A stretch of 63,902 nucleotides of DNA, filler included, from Neolecta irregularis DAH-3 (taxonomy: Eukaryota), in NCBI GenBank assembly GCA_001929475.1. It is 11 parts of 11 records of this genome, joined end to end, with 100 filler letters (N's around TTAATTAATTAA, not from the genome) between each part and the next. Parts side by side here need not be neighbours in the genome. Positions count along the whole stretch, not along the records: positions 1 to 1,149 come from LXFE01000819.1; positions 1,250 to 3,235 come from LXFE01004443.1; positions 3,336 to 5,122 come from LXFE01000820.1; positions 5,223 to 11,006 come from LXFE01004447.1; positions 11,107 to 24,495 come from LXFE01000824.1; 6 more parts are not named here. One strand, 5' to 3'. The position numbers and the translations under genes were made by a program. Below, piece by piece: positions 1 to 11,226 of this stretch. How positions within the stretch are numbered: position 1 is the first letter of the stretch; each line of letters begins with the position of its first letter. A model generated the notes under the pieces. The model made no database searches, had not been told where the DNA came from, and worked only from the letters and a program-made list of their open reading frames with translations.

Positions 1-1149
1 TTCGATCACTGGATTCATAACCACCTTTCAGAAATTAAAACTCTGGGTCGATTATCCTGAACCAGTCCTAGTCCATGCCTTTATTCGAGCATTCGCGAGC
101 ATTCCCGCCTGTCAAGAGAAGTTGATTGACAGAGCGCGGGAAACTATTTCGGCAGCAATCACAATCGCTCATGAATTCGAATTAAAGAAATCGATGGTCA
201 AGGGCTCTAATGGTGATAGGGGGGGGTATGCCCCCACGGAAATCGACGCGGTTCGAAAGAAAGGATACTGCAACTGGTGCAAGTCCAGTAAGGGGCACAC
301 AAAGAAGGACTGCTTCTTCTACCCCAGAAATAAACCTCCCGACAGTTTTGCCTTTAAGAAGAAAGGAGGCGGACAACAACGAAAAGTTAACTCAGTTGAG
401 TCGGGAAAAGAGCAGGAGGGAATGGATGGAGAAGCCTACCCCCTTCAGTAAATGTGTCTGACAGTGGTTAGATAGATAAATCAAACACTGTCGAAAAAAC
501 TTCTCTGCCACTTGAAATTGTGAATGTAGCCCTATCTGGCAAAGGCCTCATCAAATTCCCTTGCACCATAAGTCAAAAGAAGGTGCAAGTGGAAGCCTTG
601 GCACTAAAAGATGATGGCGCTACCCATAATTTCATAGCGAAAAAATTCGTTAAAGAACATGGATTGGAAACCAAGTCAATAGGATGATCAGTCAAGGTCG
701 TCATGGCTAACAAGGCTGAGGAACAAGTTAAACCTCAGCCGCAGGCCTTGGTTTTCACCATGGTCACAATCCCATCGAAACAAGGTCAACTATCATTCTT
801 TGATACATTCGAGGTTGCAGACCTAGGGGCATATGACATGCTCCTAGGAAAGAAATGGCATGAAAGATTCCAGCCGATTATCGATTATCGCGAAAATGCT
901 TGCAGGATTGCAGGCCATGATCTGATTACCCATTCCGCACTTAATCAAGTCATGACTTGCAATCTGGTAGAAATAATCGAATCAGATGAACTCTTTCTGG
1001 TGGTGGCTGAAAAAATACAGCCACCAGAATCACAAACGCAACTTTCAAGTGGAATGAGAACACTATTAACGGAATATGATGACGTCTTTAACGAAAACTT
1101 CCCCTTCCCTCCAAAGAGGGAGGAAGACCATAAAATCTCCCTGCTCGAC
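1..1149 (+). mobile_element. Degenerate Ty3/gypsy LTR retrotransposon fragment (gag end, aspartic protease, start of pre-RT region), cut by the contig end
   Basis: Gag-like ORF with a Zn knuckle CNWCKSSKGHTKKDC ends at 451. In the -1 frame follow the protease motif ALKDDGATHNFI (601-636), YDMLLGKKW and EYDDVFNENFPFPPKREEDHKI. In-frame stops at TAG 469-471 and TGA 685-687. Confidence 0.85.
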
Positions 1150-1249
1150 NNNNNNNNNNNNNNNNNNNNNNNNNNNNNNNNNNNNNNNNNNNNTTAATTA
1201 ATTAANNNNNNNNNNNNNNNNNNNNNNNNNNNNNNNNNNNNNNNNNNNN
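1150..1249. other. Artificial contig linker; identical linkers at 3236-3335, 5123-5222, 11007-11106, 24496-24595, 31892-31991, 37436-37535, 48572-48671, 53198-53297 and 62272-62371
   Basis: N-run + TTAATTAATTAA (stops in all six frames) + N-run, exactly 100 nt each time. Genes are truncated at several of these junctions. Confidence 0.97.
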
Positions 1250-1385
1250 CTGCTTTTCAGCGATCGGCCTGGAAGCCAAAATGCGAGCCATTGCAGCAAA
1301 GTATTTCCGGCCGAAGATCCATGCAGCGATGTCTGCAGATGCCGGCTGCGTGTTGTGCACAAGCTGGTTGATTCGACAACCTTTG
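1250..1385. mobile_element. Partial second copy of the MITE at 2263-2433
   Basis: Near-identical to 2269-2400; bounded by a linker and a 10-N gap. Confidence 0.8.
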
Positions 1386-1439
1386 NNNNNNNNNNATATT
1401 TGTCCCTCTGGCGTATAAGTACACACAGTAACCCTAATC

Positions 1440-1570
1440 TTCTCAATGACATCCGTTACAAAATCTGCAAAATATAATCCTATTCTCAATGACATCCGTT
1501 ACAAAACCTGCAAAATATAATCCTGTTCTCAGTTACATCCGTTAGAAAATCTACAAACATGTATAATATC
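1440..1570. repeat. 43-bp tandem repeat, about 3 copies
   Basis: Unit TTCTCAATGACATCCGTTACAAAATCTGCAAAATATAATCCTA starts at 1440, 1483 and 1526; the third copy is degenerate. Confidence 0.9.
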
Positions 1571-1628
1571 TGCTCTCCATCTGGACATACACCACTATTG
1601 ACAGCTAAAGCAGGAGGATAGATCTTTT

Positions 1629-2108
1629 TCAATTCCTGGTATCAATGAATACAACTTTTATCTTAAGAGACAAACAACGGGTCTGTGACGAGGTTATGTA
1701 AATGATGCCGCCGTTACATGTCTTAAAGACAGCCTGAGACCCATAATTGAGATAATACTTCCCAATTGGGCCTTCGAATTCGGCAAAGTCTGAGGAATTT
1801 TGGTCGGGTTCTTGAGCCAGGGCAAAGTAAAGTCCCAAGTTACTTGACTGGCCAGAGACATGCGCAAACAACCTTTTTCCCCGATCCTCTCCTGGTCCCC
1901 ACTTTACAATTCCAGATTCATCGAAGTAAAATACGTCGTGAGTCTGAGCGTTCGCCTGTAGCCAGTATCTACCGGGTATATTTTTGTTTTCCAGAAGACC
2001 AAGCCTAGTTGTTGTTCTTCCATCGGTGCTTTCCTCAAAAAACTGATAAATCTCGTGTGCCGCTGATATTACAAAGGATAAGGCAGCGAGAATAACGGAA
2101 ATCTTCAT
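1629..2108 (-). CDS. Small secreted protein of unknown function (159 aa), paralog of 2587-3079
   Basis: ATG at 2108 gives the signal peptide MKISVILAALSFVISA. Shares RLGL, YWL, DVFYF, KW-P, F..CNG, RC and KIKV motifs with the divergent neighbour. Confidence 0.75.
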   Translation of the reverse strand: MKISVILAALSFVISAAHEIYQFFEESTDGRTTTRLGLLENKNIPGRYWLQANAQTHDVFYFDESGIVKWGPGEDRGKRLFAHVSGQSSNLGLYFALAQEPDQNSSDFAEFEGPIGKYYLNYGSQAVFKTCNGGIIYITSSQTRCLSLKIKVVFIDTRN

Positions 2109-2262
2109 TGGCGACAAGATGCCGATCAACGGCATCTTATAAAGACGACTAGACGGCCTCGGCGTAGTAGCCTGTCGGTCCAACATCGTTCCGCTAGCAG
2201 CAATCTCCTAGCTCGTCTGGCAAAAATAGAATAAAATACGGGGCTAAGAAAACCCGGTATTT

Positions 2263-2433
2263 GTGCGGCTGCTTTTCAGCGATCGGCCTGGAAGCCAAAA
2301 TGCGAGCCATTGCAGCAAAGTATTTCCGGCCGAACATGCAGCGATGTCTGCAGATGCCGGCTGCGTGTTGTGCACAAGCTGGTTGATTCGACAACCTTTG
2401 GCTTCCAGGCCGATCGCTGAAAAGCAGCCGCAC
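2263..2433. mobile_element. 171-bp MITE with perfect 37-bp terminal inverted repeats
   Basis: GTGCGGCTGCTTTTCAGCGATCGGCCTGGAAGCCAAA at 2263-2299 and its exact reverse complement at 2397-2433; second copy at 1250-1385; no clear TSD. Confidence 0.85.
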
Positions 2434-2586
2434 TAATCTTCCTTATTGCCAACCCTCTTGTTTGTCCATGTTTTCGTCAGACGACCAAGGAGATTGGAAC
2501 GATGTCGCACTTGAGAGCTATTACTTAAGGCTGTTTGGGTAGTCATCGTTATAAGACACCTCTGATCGACATATTTCTCGTCACCA

Positions 2587-3079
2587 ATGAAGTGTTCTAT
2601 TCTTCTCGCTGTCTTGCCCTTTGCCGTATGTGGGGTACAACTACCCAAGCAGCTAGATATGCGATTATCGTCTAGCCACCCAGATGGCACAGTATCAAGA
2701 CTTGGTCTTTCGCAAAACACAAACTATCGTGATGCATACTGGTTAATCGAGCAAGATGAAACTCAAGATGTGTTTTACTTCGAGACTGGTGGTCGTGGAC
2801 TTATCAAGTGGAATCCAGAAGCTTCCATAAATGGGATATGTTGCAACGGCAAATAAAGGGGACGCTATTCTTTTGTTTGCCAATCTCAAACAGACGGACC
2901 TGAACGCGATTCCCGCAGACTTCAAGATCGCTCGTTCAACCAATGGCGTGCATTTCCTCTCAGTCAATGATCACACCGATTTCTTCTCATGTAATGGCCA
3001 AATTTACACAGCACTCGCGGACCCCTCCCGTTGTGACGCTATGAAGATAAAAGTCGAATACCTAGACTACAGGAAATGA
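2587..3079 (+). pseudogene. Small secreted protein paralog of 1629-2108 with an apparent frameshift near 2820-2835
   Basis: Signal peptide MKCSILLAVLPFAVCG. The N-half (ORF 2587-2856) and C-half (ORF 2831-3079) each align to the paralog but lie in different frames, with no GT-AG intron at the switch. Confidence 0.65.
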
Positions 3080-3335
3080 AAACGAGTTGTCGTTGCTGCG
3101 AATTGTGGTTTATATCGAGATAGAGAACAGAGATTATAGCCAAGATTCTCATATCTTGGCAGCTAGGTATATCCCTTGAGGATTCTCCTATCTTAAGCTA
3201 GAAATATATCCTAGTCTTATTCATATTGAGGTCTCNNNNNNNNNNNNNNNNNNNNNNNNNNNNNNNNNNNNNNNNNNNNTTAATTAATTAANNNNNNNNN
3301 NNNNNNNNNNNNNNNNNNNNNNNNNNNNNNNNNNN

Positions 3336-4334
3336 AAAATCCCAAATTTCTTACGATCCAGGTACTATCCACAGCCACTTGTGAAGAATATGTTTTTCCC
3401 GCGGGAATACGAATCATTGCAAGCACCTTTTATGGAATATGATAGTTTGATATTACTCAATCCTGAGATCGATTGGAATAACGTATGTTCAACTAGTCAA
3501 AGTACGCTAAGATTAATGCAGCCACATTTAGATGAAAGTAACCTTGAAATCCTGATGCACGAAATGATACACGTACTTGGCTTCGAATTTACATGGTACA
3601 AGCACAGGTCATGGTATGCGCAAGAGTCCAAGTTAAAGCCTCTTGTTTCCCACTATAAGAAAGACGTGAATACTGGCGAAACAATAAGCAGTCAACATTA
3701 TGACACTGCGTACTGCAAATTTGTCAAGTTCAAGTTTGGAGATAATTGGATAACAACTGGAGAAGTAAGAAGGATTCTAAGCAATCGTTGGGGAAATGAA
3801 GCCAAACATTGGAAAAACATTGGGGGAGAAGACGATTCTTTTTGCGAAAATCCTTTTCCGAACCAGATATCAACTGCTTTCCGATCTGCAACGAAGAGAG
3901 GAGACGTGGTTTTCAATGCCAATTTATGTAATGGCGGAGAGATCCCTCTGACTTCCCCGGATGTCTCACACGTCCACGTCTACGATGACGACGCTGACTA
4001 TTTGATGAATCCTTCCGCTGGCCGCAATTTACAACGGGGGTTTGACACTATCGGCTTGATAGGGCCAAAGATCAGAGCGATCCTAGGTGCAATGGGATAC
4101 GGAATCGCAGGACTGAAAGGCGTTGGCGCAATTGCAGTTCAAGATGACATGAAAATCATACCACCTCGACCTATTACTACTACGACAAATGAATCACAAG
4201 ATGATGACGACGACGAAAAAGTATCCGCTCGCCTATATCCTGATCGCTCTGTGGAAAATGATCCTTTATTGCTCGAGGAAATTAAACATGGCATTCGTGG
4301 GCTATCAGAGACATCGCAACCGGCACTTGAATAG
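3336..4334 (+). CDS. Zincin metalloprotease (HEXXH, leishmanolysin/M8-like architecture), 5'-truncated
   Basis: Frame is open from the contig edge. ILMHEMIHVLGF motif, a distal SHV candidate third ligand and a Met-turn-like DYLM. Confidence 0.7.
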   Translation, partial: KIPNFLRSRYYPQPLVKNMFFPREYESLQAPFMEYDSLILLNPEIDWNNVCSTSQSTLRLMQPHLDESNLEILMHEMIHVLGFEFTWYKHRSWYAQESKLKPLVSHYKKDVNTGETISSQHYDTAYCKFVKFKFGDNWITTGEVRRILSNRWGNEAKHWKNIGGEDDSFCENPFPNQISTAFRSATKRGDVVFNANLCNGGEIPLTSPDVSHVHVYDDDADYLMNPSAGRNLQRGFDTIGLIGPKIRAILGAMGYGIAGLKGVGAIAVQDDMKIIPPRPITTTTNESQDDDDDEKVSARLYPDRSVENDPLLLEEIKHGIRGLSETSQPALE

Positions 4335-4718
4335 GCAGGCGGACAGACAGATGACGGTAGTTAGCACATGTGCTGATTCTGTATATAGGTAGTGTCTAGC
4401 CTGATTAGCAGACTAGACTTCAACTTGATATTCGTTATACGTAGTACTATAACTTGAAGTACCAAGCCAGAGTACCAAGCCATAGTCCCCCGCATCACCA
4501 AATCCAAGTTCGGGATGGTCACAAGAGGTATATGAAAAAATACAATAGCAACGGCAAGACTCTATATAAACAGTCTCGATTTCAATACGGTGAAATCAGT
4601 GTTGAATAGTTAAATTTGTATTGATATTAATGTTGTACCGAAATAATAAAATTGAGGCCAGGGATAGGTGGCTCAAGTCTATGTTGATGATCGACCAAGC
4701 CCGCGAATTTCTGCGGCA

Positions 4719-4877
4719 TCAGCAGCAGCGGAAGCGTACGGCGATGCGCAGGTCGTCGCGGGTCGAGTGGGACGAGGGCAGCATAAAGAACAGGTATGGA
4801 AACACCGAGGTCGTGGCAATCGGTTCTGTCAGGCGGCAGGCAGCGAGGATCAGCAACAGCCGCTGCGGATAGCCCAT
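4719..4877 (-). pseudogene. Isolated N-terminal fragment of an MFS transporter (YCR023C/ZIF-like)
   Basis: MGYPQRLLLILAACRLTEPIATTSVFPYLFFM resembles the first TM motif of this MFS group; stops after 52 codons. Confidence 0.6.
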
Positions 4878-5222
4878 GGCGGGAATAGAAATGAACTTTG
4901 TCTGAGCACTCAGTGTTCCTAATCGACTACTAGCTGCCTTTCTAGCCTTTGTCCGGAGGAGCTAGTGGACGATTTCGTGGAGCCAGAAGTGAGTCAGGGC
5001 GGGCCAGTCGAGGCGGCTGCCACACGGATGGTGCACAGTGCGATGCTACTGCTGGCAACAAAAGCGAGCAGTGACGAGATGCGCAGGAGGATTATTCGTT
5101 TCAAGCGTTCTGCAATTGCGACNNNNNNNNNNNNNNNNNNNNNNNNNNNNNNNNNNNNNNNNNNNNTTAATTAATTAANNNNNNNNNNNNNNNNNNNNNN
5201 NNNNNNNNNNNNNNNNNNNNNN

Positions 5223-5377
5223 CGCGCGCCAGCACCCGCCCTCGCGGATGGTGACCGTCACGAGATGGCAGCGGGTGACTCGGTTGCTATGGGTGGATTC
5301 AGTCTGTGACCGTCAGCTAGATGATGGACTCAGTCTGCGAGGGTGATTGTCAGCTGCATCATGCGAAGACGAAGGCG
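5223..5377. repeat. Dispersed GC-rich repeat; second copy at 9939-10156
   Basis: Near-identical sequence at both sites. The second copy has extra internal ~31-bp units (GATTCAGTCTGTGACTGTCAGCTAGATGATG). Confidence 0.85.
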
Positions 5378-5387
5378 NNNNNNNNNN

Positions 5388-6899
5388 CCGCCTCCCGCAA
5401 GCATCCCGCAGACCTGCTACCTCGTCCTGTCGCCCCTCAATAATACCTTTGAGCGCAAGTGCATCCCCCTGCCTCCCGCCCCAGACTCGGTCCGCATCGG
5501 CAGGCAGACTAATGCAAAAACAGTCCCCGGCCGCGAAAACGGCTTCTTCGACTCAAAAGTCCTCTCCCGCCAACACGCCCAGGTATGGGCCGACCCTCCC
5601 TCGGGCCGCGTATTCATACAGGACGTCAAGAGCAGCAACGGCACTTTTGTAAACAGCCAGCGGCTCAGCAACGAGAACCAAGAAAGCGAGCCCCGGGAAC
5701 TGAAACGAGACGATACGCTAGTATTCATTCCCTCGTCTCCCTAGTCGTGCTCATCGCGCAGGAACTAGGCATCGATATCCTTTCAGAAGATAGCAAAACA
5801 GTTATTCACCATAAAGTCGCTGCTCGTGTGGAACATGCCGGATTTCAGCCCTATCCCGGCCTCGCAAATGGATATAATATATCTCTAGCTGATATAGACC
5901 CAGAACCCTCTCAGTCAGAATTCGCTTCCATCGCAGCGCGAAGGAACAGTATTCAAAAGTCTTTCAATAAGGGTATAAATATAAATATCATCTTGAAACG
6001 ACTGAATGTATGTTTGTTTATTTCTGTGTTTATTAATTGCAGGATGAATTGAGAGCGTCTAGAGCGGTTACTTTGGAATTACAATCGACAAAGGGTGTTT
6101 TTGACGAATTAGAGGGGTGCATATCGCAAAAGGTGCCATGTATGCGCCGTGTTGTCTTGACAGTTAGCCGCCATCCAAGATTAAAGTCATGGGCAATATG
6201 TCTACGGATATGTCTGTCTCAGATACAGCTGTCCCCGACATATCAGTCACACAGGAATCCGAGTCTAGTGACTTCGTCGCTGCGCTACAGAAAGCCCGGG
6301 AACATATTGATTTGCAGTCTGCGCAGATTGTAAATCTCGTACAAGAGTTGCAAAAAGAACAGGAAATGCGGCTCCTGGCCGAGAAACGATTGGCCAGTTT
6401 TCTTTCTTGTAGAGAATCGGTTATGACGAGTGAGCATTTGGACCAAGTAAAGAGTGAAGTTGCTGTTAATGAGCTGGTGGTCGTGTCTGGCGATGATACC
6501 AGACTGTCACGCGATGTTGATAGACTGCAGGATCTTGTACGTGAGGCACATTCATTTGCAAAAGAATGGGAAGACAAGGCAAGACATGCAGAGGCCATGT
6601 CTGAGCAAAAGCTGCGGGAACTGGAAGAGTTGCAAAGGGAGATTGAGCTCTCGAGTGAATCGTCTACTGCGTCTGAGGAGGATGGATTGTGTGTTGACCG
6701 ACGAGTGAAGCGAGGAAGGCGACGACGAGGGTACCATGGCCGCATTGCGCATGGCAAGGAACCCAAGGAAGAAGGGTTTACCCCTTTTGGGTCTGCGTTT
6801 GGAGTAGTGTTGGTCGGGATAGGGATCTTTGCGATTATGAATGGGTATCAGTCGTTCGGGATCTTTGCTCAAATATACAGATGGAGTCGGTTGAAATAG
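5388..6899 (+). CDS. FHA-domain, coiled-coil, tail-anchored STRIPAK/FAR subunit (Far9/Far10/Vps64, SLMAP-like); 5' end lost in a gap
   Basis: FHA motifs IGRQT, FDSKVLSRQHA and DVKSSNGTFVN. Introns 5721-5761, 6008-6042, 6133-6167. C-terminal TM FGVVLVGIGIFAIMNG. Confidence 0.85.
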
Positions 6900-6954
6900 G
6901 CGTCTTTGGAAATTGTGTTTGCAAGGTAGGAGTGGGTTTGGAAGAGGGGCATTT

Positions 6955-7740
6955 TTATAGGGACAATTGTTCGTTCATTTCGAATTCGTGCAGCTCTTTT
7001 GGATTAAAGAGTGATTTGTAGTCTACTGTTTCCACTCTGAGACCGATTTGCCCTGCGATTTTGAGTGCGAATACTCGAGCAGCGTCGTCTACCGAGACCT
7101 GGACACCTAGTTGGTGGAAACTTGTCATTTTGGTATCTCTCAGGCCGCACGGGACAATACTGCCAAACTTGTCGAGGTCTGTAGAGACATTTAGAGCGAT
7201 ACCATGGCTTGTAATGTGCCGGCGTATATGAATGCCGATGCTCGCAATCTTGTATTTCTTGCTAACCCATAAACCGACGTTGTTGGTGATCCGTGTCGGG
7301 ATGCCAAAATAGCCGCAGGTCTCGAGGAGGGCAGACTCTAGCATATAGACATAGGACCTGGTTTTGAGCTGCAATTAGCTAAACAGCACAGTATATATAT
7401 ATACCTGAAATTGGGTGAGGTCGAGGACAGGGAAGGCGAGCAGCTGGCCCGGGCCGTGAAATGTAATTCCGCCGCCACGACGAGTAGTGAATATTTCAGC
7501 AGGTAAAGCTTTCAATTTGGCGTGTAGCGCAGGATCAATGGGAGGAGCAGTAAGACCTGAAGTAAAAGTGGGTTGCAACTCCAACGTGAGAAGAATTGGC
7601 TTTTGTGGATTTTTTGAACCGCCAGGAGATCCAGAAGTAGATGCCTTGGCTACTAAATTGCGCGAGACGAGACGGGCTTGGATGGCGTCTGCGGTGAGAT
7701 ATCGCATGGGCGAAGGCAGAGGGACATGCAGCAGGGCCAT
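6955..7740 (-). CDS. LIP2: Lipoyl(octanoyl) transferase LipB/Lip2
   Basis: RRGGGITFHGPGQL, KIASIG, ITSHGIALNV and IVPCGL motifs; intron 7369-7404. Confidence 0.92.
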
Positions 7741-8049
7741 TTTCTTTTAGTGGTGACTCGATGTTGTATTACTATTAGATATGCAAAGACATACGTGATG
7801 CCAGCCCCCCCAAATCTACTCCCCTATCTACCTATTTATAATACCCTACTATCTACCCATTTCTAATACATTACCGTCTACTCTCCTATCCACCCATTTC
7901 TAACACTGCAAGAATATGAGGTAATACCATGACTGACGAAAACACTTGGGAAAAGGAGGATGACTTAACAGAGGACATTATATCAGACTACTGGGTTATG
8001 TTGCCCGCATTAGAAGCAGCTCAATGCCGCTGATATCAAACGGGGGAAG

Positions 8050-8225
8050 TGTAAGAATACGAGTAATATTCTTACCAATACGGCAAGTGGCTCAATTGAA
8101 ATTTACGGTATTAAATAATAGTGCATATAAAGGGAACAACATAAACCAAACCTTAGTTTCGTTCATATAACATAGGTTAGACAATTAAACCTAGTCTTAT
8201 ATGTACCTCAGGCGTACCACTTACA
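8050..8225 (+). mobile_element. Solo LTR (family A)
   Basis: TGTAAG...CTTACA ends; shares CTAGTCTTAT.TGTACC and the 5' hairpin with the copies at 50038, 56110 and 57557; no TSD seen. Confidence 0.65.
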
Positions 8226-8332
8226 AATCCCTACCATCTACCCATTTCTAATACCCTACCATCCACCCACTTTTAATACCAAATCCTCCGCCCATTTCTA
8301 TATCATCTACTACTGCCATTTATACTACCATA

Positions 8333-9804
8333 ATGCCGTCTACTCCATTTAAAATCCCAGAAAAGTATTCGCACAACGCTGGTTTTGGTTCCATGTTCGA
8401 GTCAGAGGCCATCCCCAATGCCCTGCCCGTCGCCTGCAACAGTCCCCAGAAACACCCTCTCGGCCTCTACACCGAGAAACTATCTGGGACCGCCTTCACC
8501 GCCCCGCGCCATTCAAATCTCCAGTCCTGGCTTTACCGCATCCTGCCCTCTGCAGCGCATCCATCATATACTCCACACCATTCCGCAAATGCCCCAGATC
8601 AGCCGTCGCAATTGCCACCCACCTGGCTCCACATCCCGAATCAATTGCGCTGGAGCCCCTTTGACATCGATCCCGCCGTTGATTTTGTATGCGGAATGAA
8701 ACTCCTGGCAGGGGCTGGAGATCCTGCGGTTAAAAATGGTTTGTGTATCTACATCTACGGCGCTAGCAAGGACATGGACAACCACGCATTTTACAATGCA
8801 GACGGTGACTTTCTAGTCGGTATGCCTATTTAGCCTTCATTGTTGCTAACCCAAAGTCCCGCAGCAAGGAACGCTCGATATACAAACTGAACTAGGCAAT
8901 CTGCTTGTCCGCGAGAACGAAATCTGCGTTCTCCCCAGAGGCCTCAAATGGCGAATCTCCCTCCCCAACGGCCCTGTCCGTGGCTACATCCTCGAAATCT
9001 GCACTGTAAACCACTTTGAGCTACCCGACCTCGGCCCAATCGGCTCCAATTGCCTCGCAAATGCCAGAGACTTTCTCGCTCCCGTTGCCGCCTTTGATAA
9101 AGACATGTCCCCTTGGAAAATCACTGCAAAATTCAACCACAATTTGTTCTCTGCAATCCAGAATCACACCCCCTTTGATGTAGTGGCCTGGCACGGTAAT
9201 TACTACCCATACAAGTACGATCTCGGCCGATTCAATACAATCGGCTCAGTCTCCTTTGACCATCCCGTGCGTTCAACGCCCCATCTCTCCTAATCTGTAG
9301 GACCCTTCAATATTCACAGTTTTGACCTGCAAAAGCGCTTTCCCTGGAACAGCAATTGCAGACTTTGTCATATTCCCACCTAGATGGCTTGTCCAAGAAG
9401 ACACATTTAGACCCCCTTGGTACCATCGAAACACAATGTCAGAGTTCATGGGTCTCCTCGGAGGCGTGTACGATGCAAAAACCGGAGGAGGCTTTCAACC
9501 CGGAGGCGCATCCCTCCACAACGTCTTCTCCGCCCATGGACCAGACGCGGAATCTTACGAAAAGGCTATAAACGCACACTTGGAACCCCAAAAAGTCGGC
9601 GTCGGAAGCATGGGTAATTCCTTCATACATACATTCACTTGCTAATTCTTAGCCTTTATGTTTGAATCTCAATATATGATTGGCGTTACTAAATGGGCGT
9701 TGACTGCTTGTTCTAAACTCCAGGACGATTATAATGAGCATTGGCAGCAACTAAAGCCCCATTTTCTAATCGACAACCCGAGTCAGACGACAGATTCTAA
9801 ATAA
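8333..9804 (+). CDS. hmgA: Homogentisate 1,2-dioxygenase
   Basis: [50 protein letters not shown] and GASLH motifs; introns 8820-8855, 9267-9300, 9614-9652. Confidence 0.96.
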
Positions 9805-10394
9805 GTAGATATGGTTTTGAAATAATCAGGTTTATATCAACTGTTCAACAGGGCGCGGTCCAGCGTGTGCACGGCGGCCTCCAGTTGCTGCCGTTGCACC
9901 AGCCGCACCGCCTGCACCAGCGCAGTGTCTGCGTCCAGCGCGCGCCAGCACCCGCCCTCGCGGATGGTGACCGTCACGAGATGGCAGCGGGTGACTCGGT
10001 TGCTGTGGGTGGATTCAGTCTGTGACTGTCAGCTAGATGATGGATTCAGTCTGTGACTGTCAGCTAGATATGGATNNNNNNNNNNTGACTGTCAGCTAGA
10101 TGATGGACTCAGTCTGCGAGGGTGATTGTCAGCTGCATCATGCGAAGACGAAGGCGGCGAGCTTCTCTGTGGCGGCAAACGCCTGGCGGTGGAGGCGGGC
10201 AGCCGCTTCAGCGAGCGGTACAGCGCAACCGAGATAGGCGTCGACAAACACTGGGCGGCGGCGCGAGTTGGGCGAGAAGAGCGAGGAGGGAAGTTTTGAC
10301 AGGGCGAGAGAGAATCTGCAGGAGAAGGGCAGGAGAAAAGGGTGTCGTTGTTGTGGTGGAGTTGATAATTGAGTGCCGTTTCTCTCCATTCAGC

Positions 10395-10600
10395 TTCCAC
10401 TCCCTCTCCTCCCTATACTCCACCTTTACCCTCCCTTTACTCTCCCTCCTTTACCTTCCCTTTACTCTCTCCACCTTTACCCTCCCTTACTCTCCCTCCT
10501 TTATCCTCCCTATACTCTCTCCACCTTTACCCTCCCTTCTCCCTCCTTTATCCTCCCTATACTCTCTCCACCTTTACCCTCCCTATACTCTCCCTCTAAT
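10395..10600. repeat. CT-rich low-complexity tandem repeat
   Basis: Repeating CTCTCCACCTTTACCCTCCC-type units. Confidence 0.9.
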
Positions 10601-10633
10601 GTATTCCACTCTACTCATTCAGTCCACCCCACG

Positions 10634-10860
10634 CAGTGTTGTGGACGGGCCATGGGCTTCGCCTGGCCCAGAAAAACTCGCGGCCCATCGGCCAAGACGG
10701 GTTAGTTGCCCGTCCTCGTCCCCAGATCTCCGCCAGCCCTAGTCGCCCGATCTCCTCCGTCCACGCCCATCATCGTCGCCTGCCCTCCGCCCTCTTCACC
10801 TGCCCTCCGCCCTCTTCGCCCGCCGGTCGCCGTTTTCGCCCGCCCTCCGTGGTCTTCCAC
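10634..10860. mobile_element. Partial copy of the CAGTGTTGTGGACGGG-TIR non-autonomous element
   Basis: Starts CAGTGTTGTGGACGGGCCATGG, matching the TIR of 49283-49972, followed by CGCC-rich internal sequence. Confidence 0.65.
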
Positions 10861-11226
10861 ATTCAAATTGTTAACATATATAGAATTTGACCAAAGAAGA
10901 TGATGTTCGAAAATTCGTTATTCACAGAGACTTTGAACCAAATGGTAAAGGAAGAAGACATACACAAAATCTCCCAAGGTCCAACGGTATATAAATCTTT
11001 TATATCNNNNNNNNNNNNNNNNNNNNNNNNNNNNNNNNNNNNNNNNNNNNTTAATTAATTAANNNNNNNNNNNNNNNNNNNNNNNNNNNNNNNNNNNNNN
11101 NNNNNNTTACGTTTTTTTTTGGCGAGGTGTCGCGTAAAGGGGGGTGTCGCTTAAATCGGTGTTGAGCTTACTTGAAGGTTACTCGAAGTTGTCTGTGCAG
11201 ACGTCATACATACTCCTCGCTTGTAA

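Noticed and set aside
1440-1570. CRISPR-like array
   Set aside because: Head-to-tail 43-bp units with no unique spacers, no cas genes and a eukaryotic context.
5223-10156. Direct repeats flanking the Far9-LIP2-hmgA block as a composite mobile unit
   Set aside because: The left copy is a 155-bp piece between a linker and a 10-N gap and may be mis-scaffolded; the enclosed genes are housekeeping.
10092-10903. ORFs up to 206 aa
   Set aside because: They arise from GC-rich and CT-rich low-complexity repeats; no protein motifs.
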